A stretch of 32,000 nucleotides of DNA from Candidatus Electronema halotolerans (GCA_942493095.1 OW818675.1:960001-992000); one strand, 5' to 3'; counted from the first letter of the stretch, positions 18,959 to 28,581 are shown. Notes: a model not told the origin generated them from the letters alone. Numbers and translations: made by a program.

Positions 18959-19193
18959 TCTTCTCGCCGTTCAAGTAGGCATCAATGTTTTCAGAGAAGT
19001 CCGCAGGCCCGCTGATTTTAATCTCCTGCAACCGTGCCAGCAGGGAAGCCTTTGGCTTTGGCAGGGCAGCATCCTCGTCAATAATCACAATCACGCGCAC
19101 CGATTTGTCATCCCATGCCTGACGATACGCATCTGGAATAGTGACGGTCACTTTGCCGTCACGAGCAACCGCGTTCAGTTCAACGGCATTCAT
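18951..19193 (-). CDS. Antitoxin-like protein paired with PIN-domain toxin
   Basis: 80 aa immediately upstream and overlapping the PIN ORF by 8 nt; N-terminal GKVTVTIPDAYRQAWDDKSVRVIVIID resembles AbrB/VapB-type beta-strand pattern. Confidence 0.55.
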   Translation of the reverse strand: MNAVELNAVARDGKVTVTIPDAYRQAWDDKSVRVIVIIDEDAALPKPKASLLARLQEIKISGPADFSENIDAYLNGEKNA

Positions 19194-19264
19194 AATCGTT
19201 CAGTTTCTTTTCTTGAGCGCGGCTAAAATATCTTGTGAAACTTCCAATCGCATTGTTTCATTCA

Positions 19265-20452
19265 TTATCTTCTTCCGATCACATACACATTGACTAATTT
19301 CAGCCAATACCTCGGATACGCCATTGCCAGCTTTCCAGCGGTGCTGACATCATACTTTCCTGCCATCCCCATCCACTCTTTCTCCGGCACAAAGGTGCGG
19401 AAAATATAAGCTGCTTTTGCGGCTGGACTCGGTTGCTGCCTCAAACTGACAAAATAACTCTTCAGTCTTTTCAAAAGAGGCATCCTGACTTTCTTAACAT
19501 ATACTTCTTCGCGCAAAAATGAAGAAAAAATCGCCTCCCTGTTCTTCAATGTCTTCTCAGCAAGAAACTGTTCTGGCACCGGTGCATCCAGCAGGATATG
19601 GGCATAACTCAAGCCTGTCATAACTTCCTTGCGCAGCTCAGGAACGACACATATTTGTTCTATTTTATGCCAATCAAGTGTTTTCTCATGCTTCCGCAGC
19701 AGTTCGTTGATGTCGCACAGTTCTCTGAGAACAACTCCCATATAATAAACATGCTTGAAAAAATGCGTACAAAGATGAATCAGCATCATTTCCTGTGTCA
19801 ATTTATGCTGATTACCGCTGACATTTACAGAACTTGCTAAAGCCTGCCGCGTGATCTCTCGAAATCTGTTGTCCTGAAAAAGTGACCTATGCACTTCAAT
19901 AGCTACTTTTTTGCATAATGGAGGAAGATGCAGACATGTTTCCGGCAGCTCGCCATGCGCTTGCGACTTTTTGACCGCATGAAGCGGTAAAGAGGATGTG
20001 TAACCAAAGTCCCTCAACTGATACCAATTCTCTTCCACATATTCCTGCTCCACCAGCAAATCAATATCGCACATTGAGCGAAGAGCAATATTCGGATACA
20101 GGCTTTGAATCAGTTCTATTCCTTTCAGCGGAATGACTTTGTTCGGCAGAATGCTGGCAATTTCCTTGAACGCTTCAAGCATCTTGGCATTTCTGAGTGC
20201 AGTGTCGTAATATTCAATTTCAGTGTCGTAATATTCAATTTGAAACCTTTTCAACAATTCTTTCGGCAGCAGATCAGTCAAATCATGCTGCCTGAAGGCG
20301 TAATAAATGAACTGACTGACCCCATGCGTGAAAGCCTTTTTCGCCACCGCCGACCAGTCCAAGCCGCTGCCTGCCAGCTCTTTCAGTGCGGCAATGTTGT
20401 CTTCCGCCAGATGCAGCCGGGCCGCATTGAAGATGAATGCGTCTTCCTTCAC
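19265..20452 (-). CDS. Nucleotidyltransferase family protein (PF14907-like)
   Basis: 395 aa; NKVIPLKGIELIQSLYPNIALRSMCDIDLLVEQ (GxE..LYP....R...DIDLLV) typical of uncharacterised nucleotidyltransferases found near RiPP clusters. Confidence 0.75.
   Translation of the reverse strand: MKEDAFIFNAARLHLAEDNIAALKELAGSGLDWSAVAKKAFTHGVSQFIYYAFRQHDLTDLLPKELLKRFQIEYYDTEIEYYDTALRNAKMLEAFKEIASILPNKVIPLKGIELIQSLYPNIALRSMCDIDLLVEQEYVEENWYQLRDFGYTSSLPLHAVKKSQAHGELPETCLHLPPLCKKVAIEVHRSLFQDNRFREITRQALASSVNVSGNQHKLTQEMMLIHLCTHFFKHVYYMGVVLRELCDINELLRKHEKTLDWHKIEQICVVPELRKEVMTGLSYAHILLDAPVPEQFLAEKTLKNREAIFSSFLREEVYVKKVRMPLLKRLKSYFVSLRQQPSPAAKAAYIFRTFVPEKEWMGMAGKYDVSTAGKLAMAYPRYWLKLVNVYVIGRR
20200..20241. repeat. 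21-bp tandem duplication within the nucleotidyltransferase gene
   Basis: CAGTGTCGTAATATTCAATTT occurs twice head-to-tail (20200-20220, 20221-20241), encoding EYYDTEI/EYYDTAL. Confidence 0.95.
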
Positions 20453-20469
20453 GCCAAGAGAGTTTTTTA

Positions 20470-20491
20470 AATGAGAATGTTTCTCATTATC
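20470..20491 (-). promoter_or_regulatory. Palindromic operator-like site (Fur-box-like) upstream of nucleotidyltransferase
   Basis: AATGAGAA-TGT-TTCTCATT perfect 8-bp arms; minus-strand GATAATGAGAAACATTCTC matches 16/19 positions of the classic GATAATGATAATCATTATC Fur box. Confidence 0.4.
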
Positions 20492-20606
20492 AATCTGGTC
20501 AAGCAGTTAAAAATTATATGCCCCAAGAATAGCACTCCAGAATAAGATGTCAAGACATTTTTTTGCTGTTGCGAAAAAAATACCGGCCAGCAAGCTGCTG
20601 CGCCGA

Positions 20607-22829
20607 TTACTCCATCGAAGCCAGCACTTCTCTTGGCCGTGAACCATCGGACGGCCCGACAATGCCGTCGCGCTCCATCATCTCGATCATGCGGGCGGCC
20701 CGGTTGTAGCCGACCCGCAGCCGCCGCTGGAGCATGGAGATGGAAGCCTGCCGGGTCTCCTTGACCACAGCCACTGCCTGATCATAGAACTGATCATGCT
20801 CCTCCTCGCCGCTGTTGCCGCCGTTCTCCTCCTCGGCAAACTGGAGGACAGACTCGTCATAATCCGCACTGCCCTGCTCCTTGAGGAACGCAATGATCCG
20901 CTCGGTTTCAGCCTCGGATATGTAAGCCCCGTGAATGCGCTTGAGCTTGGCCGCGCCCGGCGGGAGAAAGAGCATGTCGCCTGCGCCGAGAAGGTGTTCG
21001 GCCCCGGAGCTGTCGAGAATGGTGCGGGAATCGACCCGCGAGGAGACCTTGAAGGAAATCCGGGTCGGGAAATTGGCCTTGATCACGCCGGTGAGCACAT
21101 CCACTGAAGGCCGCTGCGTGGCTAAGATGATGTGCATGCCAGCGGCCCGCGCCATCTGCGCCAAGCGGGCGATGGAGGTTTCCACATCTTTTGATGCGAC
21201 CATCATCAAATCAGCCAGCTCATCAACAATAATGACGATATAGGGCAGCTTTTCCTCAGCGGTCTGTTTGTTGTAGGTGGTGAAGGATTTGACCTTGGCC
21301 TCCTCCAGCAGTCGGTAGCGCCGTTCCATCTCCCGCACCGCCCAAAGCAGGGCGCGGCTGGCCATCTTCGGCTCGACCACCACCGGATGGAGCAGATGCG
21401 GAATGCCCTCATAGGCTGACAGCTCAATCCGCTTGGGATCGATCATCAGCAGGCGGACCATGTCTGGCGGGGCCTTGTAGAGCATGGAAGCAATGAAGGC
21501 GTTGATGGCCACTGACTTGCCCGCGCCCGTGGCTCCGGCAATCAGCAGATGCGGCATCCGGGCCAGATCAGCCACTGTCGGACGGCCCACCGAGTCAAAA
21601 CCCAAGGCAACCGTCAGATAGGAGCGCGAGTTTTTATACGGATTGGCAAGGAGGATGTCGCGGAGAAAGACGGTCTTGCGCTTGGGATTGGGAATTTCAA
21701 TGCCGACCGCCGCCTTGCCTGGAATCGAGCCGACCACCCGCACTCGATCTACTTTGAGCACCATTGCCAGATCATCGGCCAAGTTGACAATCTTGCTGAT
21801 CTTGATGCCAGCAGCCGGGGCGAATTCATACGTGGTCACCACCGGTCCCGGCGAAATGCCAACCACCTCACCCTGCACTGAGAAATCAAGCAGCTTGGCA
21901 GTCAAGATCGCGCTGGTTTCTTCATAATGCTGCCGGTCAATTTCCACATCCTCCAAGCTGTTCTCCTCCAGCAGGGTGATGGGCGGCAGCTCAAAGTTCT
22001 GCCAGTCAACCGGTTTTTTCTTCTTGGGAGGCTCCTCTGTTTTTTTGCCCTTCTTATCCGGTGATGATGGACTGCTGCCAGCTTCCGCCTTGCCTGCCTC
22101 ACGAAGAAAAGGCAGCTTCTGGATGATCACCGCAGGCAGGCTGGGCAGATTTCTGACAGGAGCAGGTTCCGGTGCTGGCGGTGGCGGCAGAGCTTTGCGC
22201 TGCTCGCGCTCCTCCTTCCACGCAGTCAGTTTTTCCCGCAGCGGCTCTTCCAGCGCAGCCATCTTGCCGCCTGCGTTCCGAGCCTGACCCCAGAGCCAGA
22301 AGGAAAAGGCGATGGGCGAAAAGCGCACTGCCGCCATCAGGGAGAAAATCAGGAGCAGGAGCAGGAGCAGGGCCGAGCCAACCCCGCCGAGCAGATTGCC
22401 GAGCAGGCGGTGCAGCAGGCTGCCGAGAAAGCCTCCCGGTGCAACTAACTCTGGTGGAAAAATAAGTTTATCCAAACTTGCCAAGAGACCGGAGGCGGCC
22501 AGCAGCACTCCGGTCAGTCCGGCAACAATGAAGGGAAGACGGTCAATGGCGGCTTGGGCCGTGAGAACAGTCGCAGCGAGTTGGAAAAAGAGCAGGGGCG
22601 GAAAAAAGGAAATCAGGCCGAAAAAGGAGAACAGATAGCGGGCTGTGTAATAGCCGAAATGGCCGCACCAGTTCGCTGCCGGGAGCTGGACTTGCGGTTG
22701 CGAGCCGAGCAGCGGCAGGCTGTAGCTGATCAGACTGAGCAGCAGAACCATGCCCAGAAACAGGCAGGTGACTGCCGCCGCCTCCTGCTGGAGCCGGGCC
22801 TGCCGGGCCAAGGCTGCGAGGCGCATCAA
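20607..22829 (-). CDS. ftsK: DNA translocase FtsK/SpoIIIE
   Basis: 740 aa; N-terminal TM segments, [60 protein letters not shown]-terminal gamma winged helix (SISMLQRRLRVGYNRAARMIEMMERDGIVGP). Confidence 0.97.
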   Translation of the reverse strand: MMRLAALARQARLQQEAAAVTCLFLGMVLLLSLISYSLPLLGSQPQVQLPAANWCGHFGYYTARYLFSFFGLISFFPPLLFFQLAATVLTAQAAIDRLPFIVAGLTGVLLAASGLLASLDKLIFPPELVAPGGFLGSLLHRLLGNLLGGVGSALLLLLLLIFSLMAAVRFSPIAFSFWLWGQARNAGGKMAALEEPLREKLTAWKEEREQRKALPPPPAPEPAPVRNLPSLPAVIIQKLPFLREAGKAEAGSSPSSPDKKGKKTEEPPKKKKPVDWQNFELPPITLLEENSLEDVEIDRQHYEETSAILTAKLLDFSVQGEVVGISPGPVVTTYEFAPAAGIKISKIVNLADDLAMVLKVDRVRVVGSIPGKAAVGIEIPNPKRKTVFLRDILLANPYKNSRSYLTVALGFDSVGRPTVADLARMPHLLIAGATGAGKSVAINAFIASMLYKAPPDMVRLLMIDPKRIELSAYEGIPHLLHPVVVEPKMASRALLWAVREMERRYRLLEEAKVKSFTTYNKQTAEEKLPYIVIIVDELADLMMVASKDVETSIARLAQMARAAGMHIILATQRPSVDVLTGVIKANFPTRISFKVSSRVDSRTILDSSGAEHLLGAGDMLFLPPGAAKLKRIHGAYISEAETERIIAFLKEQGSADYDESVLQFAEEENGGNSGEEEHDQFYDQAVAVVKETRQASISMLQRRLRVGYNRAARMIEMMERDGIVGPSDGSRPREVLASME

Positions 22830-23330
22830 TCAGCGCGGGGCAAATTCGCGGATGCTCCCTTGCAGCTCTTCGTCCGCCTCAAGAATGGCGTAGGTGCAGG
22901 GCACCCCGTATCTGCTGCCGAGCTGAAAGGAACCGGGATTGATGATGAGCTGACCGCGCTCGCGGCGACAGACCGGCTCATGGGTGTGGCCGTAGATCAG
23001 GCAGTCCGCTTCCGGGAAATGGGCGAGCAGGCCCGGCTCAATGTCGTCCGCATATCTGCCGAAGCGGTGGCCGTGGGCCACGGCGATGTTGAAACGGCCC
23101 AAGCTGAATTCAAGCTGGTCCGGCAGGCGGTTGTGCGCAGCCAGATTGCAGCAGTTGCCATGCACGGCCTGCACGGTTTTGCCGGGAAACGCCTCCAGCA
23201 CAGCAGGATCAACAATGTCTCCGGCATGAATGATGACTTCGCAGTCAGCAAAGCACTGCTGGACAGCGTGGAGAAAATCCGTGCTCACGCGGGTCAGATG
23301 GGTGTCTGAAAGAATGCCTGCTTTGATCAT
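22830..23330 (-). CDS. YfcE/MJ0936-type metallophosphoesterase
   Basis: 166 aa; GILSDTHLTR, IIHAGDIVDP, VHGNCC, VAHGHRFG, YGHTHEP, INPGSFQL. Confidence 0.92.
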   Translation of the reverse strand: MIKAGILSDTHLTRVSTDFLHAVQQCFADCEVIIHAGDIVDPAVLEAFPGKTVQAVHGNCCNLAAHNRLPDQLEFSLGRFNIAVAHGHRFGRYADDIEPGLLAHFPEADCLIYGHTHEPVCRRERGQLIINPGSFQLGSRYGVPCTYAILEADEELQGSIREFAPR

Positions 23331-23525
23331 GAAAATTCACGCGCTTGGTTGGTCTGAGAAAAGAAAGGCCAGTGCCGCAGCGGGCCGACCGCATTCAGTT
23401 TATCGGAAGCGCCTGCCCTTGACAAGGAAAGGTTGCAAAAAACAGGGGCATCCCGTAACATGCAGCCTTGCGGGGCCAGCCCGCACCATCCTCATATCAA
23501 CCACTTTCTTGAAAGGATAAAGCCA

Positions 23526-24092
23526 ATGTACTCAGCAGCAGATTTGCGCAAGGGACTGAAGGTTCAGATTGACGGCGAGCCGTACATCGTCACTGATTTC
23601 GAGTTCTCCAAGCCGGGCAAAGGCCAGGCGCTCTACCGCACCAAGATGCGGAGCCTGATCAGCGGCAACCAGCTCGTCAACACCTACCGCTCAAACGACA
23701 AGTTTGACAAACCGGAATTGGACGAGCGCACCATGCAGTTTCTCTACGCTCAGGGCGACGAGTTTCATTTCATGGATACAGGCAACTATGAGCAGATTTT
23801 CCTGACTCGCGAGCAGCTTGGCGACAACATCAATTTTCTCAAGGAAGGCATGGAGGTGCAGGTGCTCTTCTTTGAGGGCACCCGGCCCATTGATGTGTCC
23901 ATTGCCACCTTTGTCAATCTCAAGGTGACGCAGGCTGATCCGTGGGCCAAAGGTGACACAGCCAGCACGGACACCAAGCCGGTGACGGTCGAGACCGGCT
24001 ACCAGCTTCAGGTGCCGCCTTTTGTCAATGAGGGCGACCTGATCCAGATCGACACCCGCTCTGGCGCATATCTGACCAGAGTGAAAGAATAA
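23526..24092 (+). CDS. efp: Elongation factor P
   Basis: ATG at 23526 after AAAGGATAAAGCC; MYSAADLRKGLKVQIDGEPYIVTDFEFSKPGKGQALYRTKMRSL...GDLIQIDTRSGAYLTRVKE. Confidence 0.97.
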   Translation: MYSAADLRKGLKVQIDGEPYIVTDFEFSKPGKGQALYRTKMRSLISGNQLVNTYRSNDKFDKPELDERTMQFLYAQGDEFHFMDTGNYEQIFLTREQLGDNINFLKEGMEVQVLFFEGTRPIDVSIATFVNLKVTQADPWAKGDTASTDTKPVTVETGYQLQVPPFVNEGDLIQIDTRSGAYLTRVKE

Positions 24093-24110
24093 ATCAGCAC
24101 GGAGGACATC

Positions 24111-24677
24111 ATGGCGAAGCCGCGCATCCTGCTCAACCTCTTTCATCCCAATTTTGCCCATTCCAGAGGCAACCGCGCCTTGGCCGAGGCAGCCGGGAAG
24201 CTGATCAATCTCACCTGCCGCAATCTGTATCAGGAATATCCTGATTTCAAGATTGACGCGAAAAAGGAGCAGAGTCTGCTGCTGGAGCATGACCTGATCG
24301 TGTTTCAGCACCCGTTCTATTGGTATAGCTGCCCGGCCCTGCTCAAGGAATGGCAGGACAAGGTGCTGGAGCAAGGCTTTGCCTATCCTCCGGGCGTGGG
24401 CGACAAGCTGAACGGCAAATATTGGCTCTCAGCACTCACCACCGGCGGAGCGCAGGATGCCTATCGCTCTGGCGGCTTCAACAACTACACCATCAGCGAG
24501 CTGCTCCGGCCTTTCCAGCAGACCGCCAACCTCTGCGGCATGACGTGGCTGCCGCCCTTTGTCATCCACAGCGTCCTGCCTCCCGGCATAGCGGGCTTCA
24601 AAAACATCAGCGACGAGGAGCTTGGCCAGCGGGCTGAGGTGTATCGGACATTCTTGGACAGCGTCACGCTCGACTGA
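24111..24677 (+). CDS. Flavodoxin-fold NAD(P)H oxidoreductase (KefF/MdaB-like)
   Basis: 188 aa; HDLIVFQHPFYWYSCPALLKEWQDKVLEQGFAYPPG, LTTGGAQDAYRSGGFNNYTISELLRPFQQTANLCGM. Confidence 0.88.
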   Translation: MAKPRILLNLFHPNFAHSRGNRALAEAAGKLINLTCRNLYQEYPDFKIDAKKEQSLLLEHDLIVFQHPFYWYSCPALLKEWQDKVLEQGFAYPPGVGDKLNGKYWLSALTTGGAQDAYRSGGFNNYTISELLRPFQQTANLCGMTWLPPFVIHSVLPPGIAGFKNISDEELGQRAEVYRTFLDSVTLD

Positions 24678-25231
24678 TGCGCCAGACCGGACACCATCTT
24701 GTTTACGGCACGCTGACGGATTATCTCACTGGCGAGGAGTTGCCTGACACGGACGATGAACGGTTCCGGCAGCGGCTGGCCTGGCTCTTGGTGGAGGAAA
24801 AGGGCTTTGCCAAGGCCGAGCTGGCACCGCGCCTGACCATTGAGACCCTGTTCAACAGCATTTTTGTCCGTTCAATCATTGATCTGACCGTGTCAGTCAG
24901 CAGCCAGCCATGCTTTGTCCTCCGCTATGGGCCGGGTTCCTTGGTCACGCGGGAAAAGCCAGCTCTGGCGGCGGCGCGAGTGCTGAACGAACGCTTCTGC
25001 ATCCCTTTGGCGGTCGTGACTAATGGCCAAGATGCCGAGCTGCTCGAAACCAAGAGCGGCACGGTGCTGGCTGTCGGCATGACCGCCATTCCCAGCCGGG
25101 CGCAGGCAGAGGAGCTGCTCAAGGAGCATCCGCCCCGTCCGCCGCTGACTGGTGCGGAGCGGGAACGCAACCTGCGGGTCCTTAATGCCTTTGATCTCGA
25201 AATCTGCTGCCGGGGAGACAAGTGCGGATAA
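24677..25231 (+). CDS. Type I restriction R-protein N-terminal (HSDR_N)-like domain protein
   Basis: 184 aa; DDERFRQRLAWLLVEEKGFAKAEL....SVSSQPCFVLRYGPGSLVTREKPALAAARVLNERFCIPLAVVTNGQDAELLETKSG resembles stand-alone HSDR_N_2 proteins. Confidence 0.65.
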   Translation: MRQTGHHLVYGTLTDYLTGEELPDTDDERFRQRLAWLLVEEKGFAKAELAPRLTIETLFNSIFVRSIIDLTVSVSSQPCFVLRYGPGSLVTREKPALAAARVLNERFCIPLAVVTNGQDAELLETKSGTVLAVGMTAIPSRAQAEELLKEHPPRPPLTGAERERNLRVLNAFDLEICCRGDKCG

Positions 25232-25348
25232 TTGGCAATTTCCGCCTTCTTCCCTCCATTCCGCATAAAATTCCTTTACGCAATGCTGTTTGGTGGTAAG
25301 ATACCCGGCACAGACAGATATTTTGCTTACACCTGAAGGAGACATACC

Positions 25349-26818
25349 ATGTCCAATTACTTCAACAGCCTGCCCCTGCGTCTTCAACTGGAAGAACTGG
25401 GCCGCTGCCGCTTCATGCAGTCATCAGAGTTCAACGGTGTTGAGGCCCTCAAGGGCAAGAAGATCGTCATTGTCGGCTGCGGCGCGCAGGGCCTGAACCA
25501 GGGTCTCAATCTGCGCGACAGCGGTCTGGACGTATCCTACACCCTGCGCGAGGCCGCCATTGCTGAGAAGCGGCTCTCCTGGCAGCGGGCCACGGAGAAC
25601 GGCTTCAAGGTCGGCACGTATCAGGAAATGCTGCCTGATGCTGATCTGGTCATCAACCTGACCCCGGACAAGCAGCATTCCAGCGTGATCAAGGCGGTCA
25701 TGCCGCTGATGAAAGAGAACGCCTGCCTGTCCTACTCGCACGGCTTCAACATCGTGGAAGAGGGCATGCAAATCCGCAAGGACATCACCGTGATCATGGT
25801 GGCGCCCAAGTCGCCCGGCACCGAGGTGCGCGAGGAATACAAGCGCGGCTTCGGCGTGCCGACCCTGCTGGCCGTGCATCGGGAAAATGATCCGCTCGGC
25901 ATTGGCTGGGACATTGCCAAGGCTTATGCCTGCGGCACCGGTGGCGACCGGGCTGGCTGCTTGGAGTCCTCTTTTGTCGCCGAGGTGAAATCAGACCTGA
26001 TGGGTGAGCAGACCATTCTCTGCGGCATGTTGCAGACTGGCTCGCTGCTCTGCTTTGACAAGATGATTGAGCAGGGCATTGATGCCCGCTATGCGGTCAA
26101 GCTGATTCAGCACGGCTGGGAGACCATCACCGAGGCCCTCAAGCACGGCGGCATCACCAACATGATGGACAGGCTGTCCAATCCGGCCAAGATCAGGGCG
26201 CAGGCTCTGTCCGAGGAGCTGAAGCGGATCATGACTCCGCTGTTCAACAAGCATATAGACGACATCATGTCCGGCCATTTCTCTGCCACCATGATGGAGG
26301 ACTGGGCCAATGACGATGCCAATCTGCTCGCGTGGCGCAAGGCCACTGGCGAGACCGTTTTTGAGAAGACCGAGGCTGCGGATGTCGTGATCAGCGAGCA
26401 GGAGCACTTTGACAAGGGCATCCTGATGGTGGCGATGGTCAAGGCGGGCGTGGAGCTGGCTTTTGACACCATGGTCGCCACCGGCATCAAGGAGGAGTCA
26501 GCTTATTACGAGTCCCTGCACGAGTTGCCTTTGATCGCCAATCTTGTCACCCGCAAGAAGCTGTACGAGATGAACGTGGTTATTTCGGACACGGCGGAAT
26601 ATGGCTGCTACCTGTTCAACCATGCCGCCTATCCGCTGCTGCAGGACTTCATGAAGACCGTGGGCACGGACGTGATCGGCAAGGGGCTGAATGTGAAGGA
26701 CAACGGGGTCAGCAACAAGGAGCTGATAGCGGTCAACAAGGCTGTCCGCAGCACCGGTATTGAGGCAATCGGCGCGAAGCTGCGCGGCTATATGAGCGCG
26801 ATGAAGCCGATTATTTGA
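25349..26818 (+). CDS. ilvC: Ketol-acid reductoisomerase (long form)
   Basis: 489 aa; [79 protein letters not shown]; two C-terminal knotted repeats as in the E. coli-type enzyme. Confidence 0.97.
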   Translation: MSNYFNSLPLRLQLEELGRCRFMQSSEFNGVEALKGKKIVIVGCGAQGLNQGLNLRDSGLDVSYTLREAAIAEKRLSWQRATENGFKVGTYQEMLPDADLVINLTPDKQHSSVIKAVMPLMKENACLSYSHGFNIVEEGMQIRKDITVIMVAPKSPGTEVREEYKRGFGVPTLLAVHRENDPLGIGWDIAKAYACGTGGDRAGCLESSFVAEVKSDLMGEQTILCGMLQTGSLLCFDKMIEQGIDARYAVKLIQHGWETITEALKHGGITNMMDRLSNPAKIRAQALSEELKRIMTPLFNKHIDDIMSGHFSATMMEDWANDDANLLAWRKATGETVFEKTEAADVVISEQEHFDKGILMVAMVKAGVELAFDTMVATGIKEESAYYESLHELPLIANLVTRKKLYEMNVVISDTAEYGCYLFNHAAYPLLQDFMKTVGTDVIGKGLNVKDNGVSNKELIAVNKAVRSTGIEAIGAKLRGYMSAMKPII

Positions 26819-26827
26819 GGTTGCTTG

Positions 26828-26854
26828 CGGGGAGCAGGGATGTTCTGCTCCCCG
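26828..26854 (+). terminator. Hairpin downstream of ilvC
   Basis: CGGGGAGCAG-N7-CTGCTCCCCG, 10-bp stem just after the stop; no clear T tract. Confidence 0.5.
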
Positions 26855-26969
26855 GATGCTGCTGAAACTGTAGGATGCACGGTTCGGTATAATTCTTTGT
26901 TCACCGTAACTACTCAGCCTGACAAAAAAGGCCGTTTTCAGAAGTGCTGAAGACGGCCTTACTCGTTTT

Positions 26970-28581
26970 TTATACTGCGGCATCGGGGATAAAAGGACTT
27001 CCAAGGAAAGCATCTTTGATCGCTTCAAAAATGTTTCTTGAATTTTTACGGACCGTGGAGATATATCCCCGGATACAGGCGAATCGTTCTGCCCCCTCAA
27101 GTGTTCGGAAGCAGCCGGAAACCTTCTGCTTGACCTTGATCATCCGCACATCTCTTTCCGCCGCGTTGTTGTCGAACGGAACCCGGAAATCATACATGAA
27201 TGCGAGGGTCTCCGCCCTGTAATCACGCATCCGTGTCAGCAAATTGAGCGGCGGAGTCTTCTTCACCCGTCCTCGTTTTTTCTCCTTAGGGTACCTCGAA
27301 AAATACCGATTTTGCCGAAGGCGTGATCGAATAATCAGACATTTACAACGCAACAACTGCCAAAAATACCAATTTTTCGAGGTACCCCTTAGGCGGAGTG
27401 AACGGATTGTCCGCAAAACCCCGTCGGACGATTTCATCATACCGCCGCTCAAATTCTTCGATCTTCTCCGGCGTGAAGCCGTCCCGATCCGGCTTCAGCT
27501 TTTCAGCCGCGCCTTTTATTTCAAGCAGCAGCTCGGCCATCTCGCCGGCCCAAACTTGTCCGTACTGTTTTTCTATGAACTTGAGTTCCCGGAGATGATG
27601 CGCATTGCACAGCGCATGACCGCAGTTTTCATAGCTGAAGTACGATTTCCAATGATCATGCGTCGCTGTTCCTGTGAACTTTCCAAGGATTCCCGCTGCG
27701 TCCATCGCCTCTTTTCCCCGTTTTTCATGCACCGAATAAAGGGTGAGGCAGTTCGTCGAAGCGACATGCAGCCAGTGCAGCTTCCCTTTCACGCGGACTC
27801 CGCTTTCATCGGCATGTAACACATCGGTATTCATGAGCAGTTTTTCGACTGCTTCCGTTGAAGGACGCACGCATCCGCAAAGCTCTTCCGATGCCTTCAG
27901 CAGCGAACCCTCGGAGACGGAATGCCCGGTCAGGTCTTCGATAATCTGCGCAGCCCGTTCAAGCGGAATATGATGCTGGTTCGCGAAATATGCCGCCCAA
28001 GTTTTCACCCCCGTGCCGTAACGGATGCCCTGTCCGACGTTTTCCGGGAATTTGCCTCTGTTTTCCGTGCCGCAGCCGGGACAGATTTTTATTTCCGCTC
28101 GATGCGAGGTCACTTCAATCCGAATCGCCGGAATATCATAAACCTGCCGTTCCTCCTCTCCGACAGCGACGACATCCGCAAGCGACATTTTGCAAGCCGC
28201 GCATTCCTCGGATTTATACCTCTCCGTAGAATCCGGCGCCGCAGACCGCTCAAGAGTATGCCCTTGATGACCTGGCTGGCCGCCGTTCGGCTTCCTGCCG
28301 GACTCTCTCAGACTTTCCGTTCGCTTCGCTTTACCGTATCCATCGCTCGAAGGCGGTTTCCCGCTGTTCCGACTGTTTTTCGACAGCCGGGCCTGCAAAT
28401 CCTTCAATATCTCGGACTGCTTGGCTGACTGAGCGGCGAGGTTTTCAACCTGCGCAGTTATACTGCTAAACAGGGCGACGACCGCTTCTTCGCCTTCTGC
28501 GTATGCAGCACGGACTTCTTTTTCACTAGGAACACTGAAATTCATAACGGCAGCATAATCTTTACCTGTTGATTTTGTCAA
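26970..28581 (-). pseudogene. IS66-family transposase interrupted by a 99-bp MITE-like insertion
   Basis: N-terminal part in 27343..28581 (PPSSDGYGKAKR...GGQPGHQGHTLE...VLHADESGVRVKGKLHWLHVAST...NPFTPPK) and C-terminal part in 26970..27452 ([61 protein letters not shown]). Confidence 0.93.
27289..27387. mobile_element. 99-bp MITE-like element
   Basis: Ends are a perfect 16-bp inverted repeat GGGTACCTCGAAAAAT...ATTTTTCGAGGTACCC, flanked by CTTA at 27285-27288 and 27388-27391; inserted in transposase ORF. Confidence 0.85.

Noticed and set aside
20200-20241. Possible CRISPR-like or regulatory repeat
   Set aside because: Only two abutting copies with no spacer, lying in frame within a CDS; simple tandem duplication.
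27244-27819. 191-aa plus-strand ORF spanning the MITE
   Set aside because: Antisense to the IS66 transposase and created by the insertion; no independent support.
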